A stretch of DNA of 64,000 nt, taken from IMG/VR virus record IMGVR_UViG_3300042484_001802; one strand, 5' to 3'. This document shows, in pieces, positions 50,999 to 59,171 of the stretch. The position numbers and the translations under genes are program-made. Source of the DNA: a virus. How positions within the stretch are numbered: the stretch's first letter is position 1; each line of letters begins with the position of its first letter. The notes below the pieces were generated by a model. The model did no database searches and was not told the origin of the DNA. It saw only the letters and a program-made list of their open reading frames with translations.

Positions 50999-51144
50999 AT
51001 GAATTTGGTGATTAAAGAATAAATCCCATAAACAGCAAATGCTGACCAGATAACGAGGAACCAAATAGCTGATTTTGTGGTATATTCGCTAACCTCATCA
51101 AACTGTCTTTTTAATTCTTTCTTTTTACAACTTGTACATGACAT
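50995..51144 (-). CDS. 49-aa CxxC membrane peptide; absent from the ORF track
   Basis: MSCTSCKKKELKRQFDEVSEYTTKSAIWFLVIWSAFAVYGIYSLITKFI; ATGA-coupled to the next gene. Confidence 0.6.
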   Translation of the reverse strand: MSCTSCKKKELKRQFDEVSEYTTKSAIWFLVIWSAFAVYGIYSLITKFI

Positions 51145-51244
51145 AAGGTAATATAGTGGTTTATTATATATATTTCAACCCAATATTTCTTTTTTTGTTT
51201 TTTTTGTAATATATTTAATAATCTAATTAAAAATATTTATTAGA

Positions 51245-51769
51245 ATGGAAAACAAATGGTATGTGTTAAAAGTAACACCAGGAAAAGAAAGACAAATGAA
51301 TGAAAATTTTAATACGTTAATCGCATTAGATAGAATGGGTTACGTAAATAGATTCATATGCCCAATGGAAAAGGAGTTTGTTGTATTAAGAAAAAAGAAG
51401 GTTTTAAGGGATAAAATATTGTATAGCGGATATCTTTATTTTGAAACACCAAGAGAATTAAACGATAATGAATTAAAAGAAATCTCAAGCCATCCTTTTG
51501 TTATGTCTATGTTAGGGGATAAGAAACCTAGATTGATGGGTAGACACGATATTGGTAAAATTATTAAAGATGAGATGTTAAATGAACATAAGTATGTAAA
51601 ATCAATTACCTTTGTAGCGGGTGAGGATGTTGTACTAACAGACGGACCATTTGCTTCATTCAACGGTACCATTATGGAAATTAAAGGTGACAAAGTGGAA
51701 TTGCAAGTTAAAATTTTTGGTCGCTTAACACCTGTAACAATAGACATTCAAAATATTAAAAAGATATGA
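51245..51769 (+). CDS. nusG: NusG-family transcription elongation/antitermination factor
   Basis: KWYVLKVTPGKE, LYSGYLYFE (NGN domain), GEDVVLTDGPFASFNG and VKIFGRLTPV (KOW domain). Confidence 0.92.
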   Translation: MENKWYVLKVTPGKERQMNENFNTLIALDRMGYVNRFICPMEKEFVVLRKKKVLRDKILYSGYLYFETPRELNDNELKEISSHPFVMSMLGDKKPRLMGRHDIGKIIKDEMLNEHKYVKSITFVAGEDVVLTDGPFASFNGTIMEIKGDKVELQVKIFGRLTPVTIDIQNIKKI

Positions 51770-52059
51770 GTAACCCAGAAGTTTTAATATATGTAGAACG
51801 CATTAAACATTTCCTTAAAATAAATGAAGATGCTAGAAACTATTTCATTGTTAATGGTAATGAAGATAAATTTTTCACCCAACTATCAAACATTTCAGAA
51901 AAAAATTTTAAAAAGAACGGAGAACCAGAATTGACAAAAGAGCAAATGGAATCCTTGCGTTTAAACGTTGTATTAGAAACTGTGGACGAAAGGCCGAAGT
52001 ATAGACAAGAAGGAATCTATTTTATTTTTAACGATTATCCACCAACTTCATTGAATTAG
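51766..52059 (+). CDS. Hypothetical protein
   Basis: 97 aa, start overlaps the nusG stop region. Confidence 0.55.
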   Translation: MSNPEVLIYVERIKHFLKINEDARNYFIVNGNEDKFFTQLSNISEKNFKKNGEPELTKEQMESLRLNVVLETVDERPKYRQEGIYFIFNDYPPTSLN

Positions 52060-52095
52060 GTTTCACTTTTCACTTTTTTTACGTATCTTTAATTT

Positions 52096-53160
52096 ATGAG
52101 AAAATTTCCAGTAGAACTAAAAATATACGAGACAACATATGGTACTGATATACCATCAGAACAATTATTTTTACTTTATTTTGATTCTGTGGTCTCAAAA
52201 GAGACGGGTAAAGAATATTATAACCCATTTGTTTTCACGCACTTTACGGAGAATGGTTTTGAAATTGAATGTCGTAATGTTAGAAATCGTAGACATGACA
52301 CCTATAATGATAATCTTTTAGTACACAAGGAAAAAGAGATTATGATTAAGATTTCTAGCTGTTCAGAAAAAGATCCTGACTTATACCAAATAGAGTTTTT
52401 TTACAATATTAAAAAGGGTAAAAGGGATGAGCAATTCTCTTTTTTAGATTTGAAAAAATACGAAAAGAAAAAAATTAAAGCAAACATTTCGTTGGTTAAA
52501 AGTGAGATGGGACATTTAGAAACGCAAGATTATGATTTACCAATACCAGATATTGATTTGGGATTAAACTACGGTAAAGATTTCTTAAAGGTTCACGATG
52601 TTATTATTGAAAAACTAAATAAACCAAGAGGTAAGGGTATTATTTTATTACACGGTGAGCCAGGTACTGGAAAAACATCTTATCTAAAGTACATTACCAA
52701 GTTAATAACCGAAAAGGATATTTTATTTATTCCGCCATCATTAGCTGAAGCATTATCTGAACCATCAATCATACCATTCTTAATGGAACATCGTGACAGT
52801 ATTTTAGTAATTGAAGATGCTGAACGTGTAATCTCAGATAGAGAGGGTAATGGTTCTCCGGCCGGTGTGTCTAATGTTTTAAACATAACAGACGGTATTT
52901 TGGGTGATTGTTTGAACATCCAAATAATTGCAACGTTTAACATGAAAAGAGAACGTATTGACCAAGCATTACTAAGAAAAGGTAGATTAATTGCTGAACA
53001 TAAATTTGAGAAACTAGCAATTGAGGATACAAACAATTTATTAAAGCATCTAAAAAAAGATATTGTTTCAGAAGAAGCAATGACACTTGCGGATATATAT
53101 AATATAGACATTGAACTTATCAAATCAACAAATAAAAATACAAGTAAAATAGGATTTTAA
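52096..53160 (+). CDS. AAA+ ATPase (single classic AAA module) ending in KIGF
   Basis: HGEPGTGKT, VIEDAE, DGILG, IDQALLRKGR (second region of homology). Confidence 0.9.
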   Translation: MRKFPVELKIYETTYGTDIPSEQLFLLYFDSVVSKETGKEYYNPFVFTHFTENGFEIECRNVRNRRHDTYNDNLLVHKEKEIMIKISSCSEKDPDLYQIEFFYNIKKGKRDEQFSFLDLKKYEKKKIKANISLVKSEMGHLETQDYDLPIPDIDLGLNYGKDFLKVHDVIIEKLNKPRGKGIILLHGEPGTGKTSYLKYITKLITEKDILFIPPSLAEALSEPSIIPFLMEHRDSILVIEDAERVISDREGNGSPAGVSNVLNITDGILGDCLNIQIIATFNMKRERIDQALLRKGRLIAEHKFEKLAIEDTNNLLKHLKKDIVSEEAMTLADIYNIDIELIKSTNKNTSKIGF

Positions 53161-53466
53161 ATGAAATTAATAACAGCAGAACAATTAAAAACAAAATTAA
53201 ATAACGGGGAAAAATTACTAGTGGACTTTTACGCTGAATGGTGTGGACCCTGCAAGTCGTTAATGCCTAGATTAGAAAAATTAGAACAAGAATTTTCACA
53301 TATTCAATTTGTTAAAATAGATGTTGACCAAAATCAATCGTATATGGCGGAGAGTGGTATTAGGTCTGTCCCAACAGTTAAAATTTATGATGGTGAAACG
53401 TTAATCAATCAATCTGCTGGGGCAAATCCAGATAAGTTTTATATAGAACATTTGGAAAAACTTTAA
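53161..53466 (+). CDS. trxA: Thioredoxin
   Basis: VDFYAEWCGPCK, KIDVD, IRSVPT. Confidence 0.95.
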   Translation: MKLITAEQLKTKLNNGEKLLVDFYAEWCGPCKSLMPRLEKLEQEFSHIQFVKIDVDQNQSYMAESGIRSVPTVKIYDGETLINQSAGANPDKFYIEHLEKL

Positions 53467-53468
53467 TT

Positions 53469-53741
53469 ATGTATACAGTTAATATTTTTACATTAAATGG
53501 GTGTAGTCACTGCGTTGAATTAAAAAAAATGTTAAAGGAAAATAATATCACATTTAACGAACTTGAAATTTCACAACATAAATCAACTTTTGATGAGATT
53601 GTTAAATTAACTGGTAAAAACTCATTACCAACAACATATTTACAAAATCCTGAAACAGGTGCCGGACCAATTTTTGTTCCTGGGAGAGATTATCAGAGCA
53701 AAGAAGAACTGCTAGAAAAGATACTAAAATACATTAATTAA
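53469..53741 (+). CDS. Glutaredoxin/NrdH-like redoxin
   Basis: GCSHC and SLPT cis-Pro motif; 90 aa. Confidence 0.85.
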   Translation: MYTVNIFTLNGCSHCVELKKMLKENNITFNELEISQHKSTFDEIVKLTGKNSLPTTYLQNPETGAGPIFVPGRDYQSKEELLEKILKYIN

Positions 53742-53753
53742 GATTATTTTAAT

Positions 53754-53780
53754 AAAGGGGATGAAAAATCCCCTTTTTTT
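53754..53780 (+). terminator. Intrinsic terminator
   Basis: AAAGGGGAT / ATCCCCTTT + T run. Confidence 0.88.
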
Positions 53781-53829
53781 ATGTCAAGAAACATAATAAA
53801 AGTATTTATGTTAAAGTACCTAGACATAA

Positions 53830-54621
53830 ATGGCTTTACAACAGATAAATTGGTTACAAATTGATACAGCAAACGTCCCATCGGGGTCGATTGTTGATTT
53901 GGGGGCTATCTCCGGAGCATTGCATGCGGTTTACGCAGATAATTTATATATTTCAGGGCAAACGTTAGCCGAAGTCATTGCTGGATCAGGAACTGACGAA
54001 TTAAATTTATATACAGCATCATTAAAAAGCGCTATTGAACTTACTGGTTCAAATGTCACAATCAAGGGTGACTTATTGGTTAAAGGTACAACTACAGCGA
54101 TACAGTCAAACACTGTTAGTATAGGTGATAACATCATTGAATTAAATGGTTCAGCAGCTACTTTTGGTGGTTTATTGATAAAAGACCCAACTGCGCCAAA
54201 TACTATCTCAGGTTCATTATTATGGGACACTGTAAATGACCAATGGATTGCAGGCCCTGAAGGGTTTGAGGAAGCGATAATATTACAAGGTGATTATGAC
54301 GCTTTTTCTAGTTCAGTCGCAATAGCAATCAATGAAAGCGGTATTTGGAGACCAACCGGCTCATTTTATGCAACAACAAACGATTTAGAATTAACTGGTT
54401 CGTTAACAATTAAGGGTAATTTAAGAGTTGAGGGTACAACTACGTTAATTCAAACCACTGATCCTAATAGAGAATCTTTAATTGTATCCGGGGCAATGAA
54501 TATCGTTAAAAATCAAATAAATTCACAAGTTATTTCCGCATCATTAGCAATACAAGGACTAGGTAGGTTAGCTGACGCTAATCAGTTTGCAATTTTTGAT
54601 TGTGGTGATGGATTTTTCTAA
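53830..54621 (+). CDS. Tail fibre-related protein
   Basis: Beta-repeat shaft (TGSLTIKGNLRVEG) and DNIIELN...LLWD module shared with 54663 and 59172. Confidence 0.65.
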   Translation: MALQQINWLQIDTANVPSGSIVDLGAISGALHAVYADNLYISGQTLAEVIAGSGTDELNLYTASLKSAIELTGSNVTIKGDLLVKGTTTAIQSNTVSIGDNIIELNGSAATFGGLLIKDPTAPNTISGSLLWDTVNDQWIAGPEGFEEAIILQGDYDAFSSSVAIAINESGIWRPTGSFYATTNDLELTGSLTIKGNLRVEGTTTLIQTTDPNRESLIVSGAMNIVKNQINSQVISASLAIQGLGRLADANQFAIFDCGDGFF

Positions 54622-54662
54622 TTAAAAATAAAGTATTTATATAAAACAACTAAAATTAAAAA

Positions 54663-57401
54663 ATGGCACAAATAATTAAACACAGAAGGGGTAGCGTCAC
54701 ACAACTGAAAGATGTTACAGCTAGAATAGGTGAACTGGTTATGGCCACCGGATCAATCGGTGACTTAAACGGACCTTTCCTATTTGTAGGTGAAACAGAA
54801 GGTGCAGCAGGTGCTTACCGCCCAACTTCAAAAATTTATCAGGGTTCAGCCGCCCCAACATTAACTGTTGGTTCACATGGTTCGGTACTTGATGGAACAC
54901 CATTTTATGCGTCAGGAAATGAATCATTGTACGTATTAAGTAAAGACGGTAACAGTAGATTAGATTTAACAGGTAACATCGAAGGAAATTTAATTTCTGG
55001 TGTAACAATTAACAATTTAACTGGTAGTAACGCGAATTACACAAACCTAACGGGAAACACGTTTACTAGTACAAATGGTAATATAACATCACTTACTGGT
55101 AGTAACGCGAATTACACGAATCTAACAGGAAACACGTTTACTAGTTTTAATTCTAATATTACATCACTTACAGGTAGTAACGCTAATATTTCAAATATTA
55201 CTGGAACTACACTTACAAGTACAAATGGTAATATAACATCACTTACTGGTAGTAACGCATTTGTTACAAATATAACTGGTGGAACTTTAACAGTTACAGG
55301 TACAACTAATTTAAATGGTGATCTTTTAATTAGCGGTAATACCATCCAAACAGGATCAATAGATTTAACGGGTAACATCGTTTTAGGTGGTAACATTACA
55401 ATTGGTGATCAAACAACAGATATTATCCAATTTGGTGGTGAAGTTAGTTCTTCAATTATACCAATTGTGGATAATTCGTTTGATTTAGGTTCAACGAATA
55501 AAAACTGGAGAAATTTACACGTAAGTGGAACTGCATATATCAATACTTTAGAAGCACAACAAGTTAATTTTAATAACTTAGGAATCTTAACTGACTTAGT
55601 TGTAAGTGGTAGCACTTATTTAGGTAATGGTGGTGACGTAACCGTTATTAGTGGTTCATTATATAATGATCAATTGACTGAAAAGAGAATGGTTGTTGTG
55701 GGTGCTGATGGTTTATTAACTGATTATAGTGGTTTAACATTTGATAACGGTAATTTAAATTTATCTGGTGCTCTTGAAGTAACAAACATTCAAGGTACCG
55801 GTTCATTATATCTAAAGGCAGATAAAAATGATTCAAGACATTTTGAGATTTATAATACATCAACAGTTGACACACACATTAAATCTAATGGTGGGTTAAG
55901 TTTCTTTGGTGATGACATAAATTACTTAAAAATAGATGACTCATTACAAACAGCAACAATTGTTGGTGTAAATGGTGTAATTGTTAGTTCTTCATTACAA
56001 GTAACTGGTTCAGTGTTCACTGACAAAATTTTAGGTACTGGTTCACTTTATTTACAACCCGATCAAATCGACGGAAGATATTTTGAAATTTATAACACAG
56101 GCGCAAGTGATGTACACATTAAATCTAGTAATGGTTTAAGTTTCTTTGGTGACGACACCAATTACTTAATGATTAATGATAGTGCACAAACAGCAACAAT
56201 TGTTGGTGTAAACGGTGTGTTTATTAGTTCATCATTAAATGTTACAGGTTCAACAACTTTAAATTCAACATTAGAAGTTAAAGGAGCAGCAGGACTTAAC
56301 TCAACTTTGGATGTTACAGGTTCAGCAATTTTAAAATCAACATTAGAAGTTCAAGGGGCAACAGGACTTAACTCAACTTTGGATGTAACAGGTTCAGCAA
56401 TTTTAAAATCAACATTACAGGTTGATTCAACATCAGAACTTAAAGGTGCTGTAGGTATGAACTCAAGTTTGGATGTAACAGGTTCAGCTCAATTTAAATC
56501 CACAATTAATGTTGATGGTGAAGCAACTTTATCATCTGCAACAGTTGAAGATTTAACACAGGATAGAATTGTTACAGTAGGTGTGGGCGGTTCATTAATT
56601 GACAGTTCAGGATTTACATATAATGGCACTCTTTTCAAAATTGGAAATGGTCAATTTGAGGTAGACACAAATGATGGCGATATTAGAACATCAGGTTCAT
56701 TAACTGTTAATGGTGGGCAAACAATTAATGGTAACACCACAATAAATGGTGTACTAACAGTAACAGGTAACACACAATTACAAGCAAACCTATATGTTTC
56801 AGGTAACTTAGAAGTTTTAGGATCAGCTACAGAAGTACACATTCAATCACAAACAATTGAATTAGATGATAATATAATTAGATTAAACGCATATTCACCT
56901 TTTGAAAGATATGCCGGATTTGAAGTTATCGATTCAGGTTCTTCTGGTGTTTCAGCATCTTTGGTATGGGATTCATTAAATGATTATTGGATGTTTGTTT
57001 CTGCTAGTGGTCAATCAAGTAAATTACTTGGTACAACTGCGGGAACTTATGGTTCTGAAACAAGTTTAACTAGTGGTACAATCCCTAAAGCAACTGGTTC
57101 TAATACAATCGGTGATAGTTCATTAACAGATGATGGTACAACATTAAGTTATAATACAAATAAATTCCAAGTAACATCAACAAACGGAAATACTTTAATT
57201 GCTGGTAACGTTACATTATCTTACTCAGGTGGAACCGATAACGGATCTAAAACATCTGCGATTGTTTTCAAAAACGGTTCGAATGTACTTGGTTACGTTT
57301 CAACAACTGTTGTTACAGAAGTAACTGATGGTTTATTAGGTTACAAAGTATCTAATGGTGCACTAGTATTCTCCGACTTAATTGACGGTGGTTCGTATTA
57401 A
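54663..57401 (+). CDS. Long tail fibre protein with internal repeats
   Basis: MAQIIKHRRG..GEL N-terminus, 25-aa, ~80-aa and 24-aa internal repeats, C-terminal IDGGSY. Confidence 0.75.
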   Translation: MAQIIKHRRGSVTQLKDVTARIGELVMATGSIGDLNGPFLFVGETEGAAGAYRPTSKIYQGSAAPTLTVGSHGSVLDGTPFYASGNESLYVLSKDGNSRLDLTGNIEGNLISGVTINNLTGSNANYTNLTGNTFTSTNGNITSLTGSNANYTNLTGNTFTSFNSNITSLTGSNANISNITGTTLTSTNGNITSLTGSNAFVTNITGGTLTVTGTTNLNGDLLISGNTIQTGSIDLTGNIVLGGNITIGDQTTDIIQFGGEVSSSIIPIVDNSFDLGSTNKNWRNLHVSGTAYINTLEAQQVNFNNLGILTDLVVSGSTYLGNGGDVTVISGSLYNDQLTEKRMVVVGADGLLTDYSGLTFDNGNLNLSGALEVTNIQGTGSLYLKADKNDSRHFEIYNTSTVDTHIKSNGGLSFFGDDINYLKIDDSLQTATIVGVNGVIVSSSLQVTGSVFTDKILGTGSLYLQPDQIDGRYFEIYNTGASDVHIKSSNGLSFFGDDTNYLMINDSAQTATIVGVNGVFISSSLNVTGSTTLNSTLEVKGAAGLNSTLDVTGSAILKSTLEVQGATGLNSTLDVTGSAILKSTLQVDSTSELKGAVGMNSSLDVTGSAQFKSTINVDGEATLSSATVEDLTQDRIVTVGVGGSLIDSSGFTYNGTLFKIGNGQFEVDTNDGDIRTSGSLTVNGGQTINGNTTINGVLTVTGNTQLQANLYVSGNLEVLGSATEVHIQSQTIELDDNIIRLNAYSPFERYAGFEVIDSGSSGVSASLVWDSLNDYWMFVSASGQSSKLLGTTAGTYGSETSLTSGTIPKATGSNTIGDSSLTDDGTTLSYNTNKFQVTSTNGNTLIAGNVTLSYSGGTDNGSKTSAIVFKNGSNVLGYVSTTVVTEVTDGLLGYKVSNGALVFSDLIDGGSY

Positions 57402-57420
57402 CATAGAATTTCAATAATAC

Positions 57421-57452
57421 AAAAGGGAGAGTTTAATACTCTCCCTTTTTTT
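57421..57452 (+). terminator. Intrinsic terminator
   Basis: AAAAGGGAGAGT / ACTCTCCCTTTT + T run. Confidence 0.9.
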
Positions 57453-57556
57453 GTTTATATAGTTTATTCAGCTTCAATCATTTTTAATATGAGCTAAGTA
57501 AGATAATTTTTCTTGGATTTCGTTTATTTAATCCTAATTTTTATGTATTTATAAGA

Positions 57557-57594
57557 AGACCTACATAGGTCTAATTAACCGTGGTACATACCAC
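57557..57594 (+). promoter_or_regulatory. Twin 5'-leader hairpins with identical U-ACAU-A loops
   Basis: AGACCT-ACAT-AGGTCT and GTGGT-ACAT-ACCAC. Confidence 0.6.
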
Positions 57595-57618
57595 AAAACA
57601 TAGGAGAGAACCATATAT

Positions 57619-59088
57619 ATGGCACAAATAGTAAAACTGCGTAGGAGTAGTGTATCCGGTCAAAAACCCACTAACTCGAATTTACAATTGGGAGAATTAG
57701 CATTAAACACTACTGACGGTAAGGTTTATATGGCTAAATCTGGTTCTCTCGGGCCATCGGTTGAGGAATTAATTTTAACAAACACGGTTAATACAGGTTC
57801 AATACATCTTACTGGAGCTGTAACAGCGTCAAACTTTTCAGGTTCATTTATTGGTAATGCTAGCGGATTAACAACAGTACCATTTCACATATCTGGTTCA
57901 GATATTAGTGGAACAACAGTAAATAAAACATTTACAAAGTTACAATTTGATGATAGTACTGGATTAAATGTTGAAGAAACAGATCCAGGCACAGCATTCG
58001 TTTCAATCGGTTCACACTTCAAAGACATATTTGTGTCTGGTTCATCAATATTAAGAGCAACAGGTTCTGATGCTTTTGAAATTATTCCGGCAGGTGGGAT
58101 TGAAATTACAACATCAACTAGTGATACTAATGGTAATGGTTATGTTAAAGAATTAAACATTAGCGCGACATCATTATCGTCATCACTAAATGATAGAATT
58201 GATATTATAACTGGTTCGATTACTAGTTTATCATCATCTATCATCACAACATTAGATATTATAACAGGTTCCGTTGATTCTTTAAATTTATTCACATCAA
58301 GTGTAGTTTTAACAAGTGAAACAGGATCAATGACCGTGTTAAGTTCATCATATGCCTTAACTGCTTCATTTGCGTTAAATGCTGGAGGTGGTGCCGAAGG
58401 TAGGACAGCTAAACTAACACAATCATCACCTGCAACAACTTGGACATTTAACCACAATTTAGGAGAACAATACCCAGAAGTTACTGTTTATGACAGTTTA
58501 GGTTATGTGGTTATTCCTACCAATATATTGGCATACAGTAATAACCAAATGATTATCACATTCTCAAGTGCACAATCTGGTACGGTTACAGCAACAGTTG
58601 GTGGTGGTTTGCCGGAAATTAGTGCGAGTTATGCTGGTTATGTATTATCAAATAATGGGACAGTACCTTCTTGGAAATCTGGAATCGTTAGTGGTTCATT
58701 ACAAATAACTGAATTTGGTTATGCAATTACTGGTTCAAACACATTTACAGCTAATCAAACAATTAATGGAACCTTAACCATTAACAACGCAAAAATAGGA
58801 ACAACTTGTGTGTCTTTAGCGTCAACAACGACTGTTTTAAATTTAAGCACATTTGATGGTGTGAATATAGATTATGTTATCAAAAAAAGTGGTAATATGC
58901 GAGCAGGTAATGTTATGGGTGTATGGAATGGAAGCACTGTAAAATATAGTGAAACGTCAACAATGGATATTGGAGATACTAGCGAATTTACATTTACAAT
59001 TAACAATACTGGGGCTGTTACAGCCAATTTCACAACTGGAACTTGGGTTGTTGAAATATTTTATAGAGCGATTGGCGGGTGCTCTTAA
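57619..59088 (+). CDS. Tail fibre protein with Mtd/hyaluronidase-like N-terminal domain
   Basis: KLRRSSVSGQKP..LQLGELALNTTDGKVY; TWTFNHNLG..YPEVTVYD module. Confidence 0.75.
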   Translation: MAQIVKLRRSSVSGQKPTNSNLQLGELALNTTDGKVYMAKSGSLGPSVEELILTNTVNTGSIHLTGAVTASNFSGSFIGNASGLTTVPFHISGSDISGTTVNKTFTKLQFDDSTGLNVEETDPGTAFVSIGSHFKDIFVSGSSILRATGSDAFEIIPAGGIEITTSTSDTNGNGYVKELNISATSLSSSLNDRIDIITGSITSLSSSIITTLDIITGSVDSLNLFTSSVVLTSETGSMTVLSSSYALTASFALNAGGGAEGRTAKLTQSSPATTWTFNHNLGEQYPEVTVYDSLGYVVIPTNILAYSNNQMIITFSSAQSGTVTATVGGGLPEISASYAGYVLSNNGTVPSWKSGIVSGSLQITEFGYAITGSNTFTANQTINGTLTINNAKIGTTCVSLASTTTVLNLSTFDGVNIDYVIKKSGNMRAGNVMGVWNGSTVKYSETSTMDIGDTSEFTFTINNTGAVTANFTTGTWVVEIFYRAIGGCS

Positions 59089-59144
59089 AATTAATTATTT
59101 AATACCCATTTAATTCGTTTAAAATTAGTATTTATTAGTAACAC

Positions 59145-59166
59145 ATTAGTGGAAAGTGAAACTAAT
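59145..59166 (+). promoter_or_regulatory. 5'-leader hairpin with purine-rich loop
   Basis: ATTAGT-GGAAAGTGAA-ACTAAT between TATTTAT (59129) and ATG (59172). Confidence 0.45.
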
Positions 59167-59171
59167 AGATT

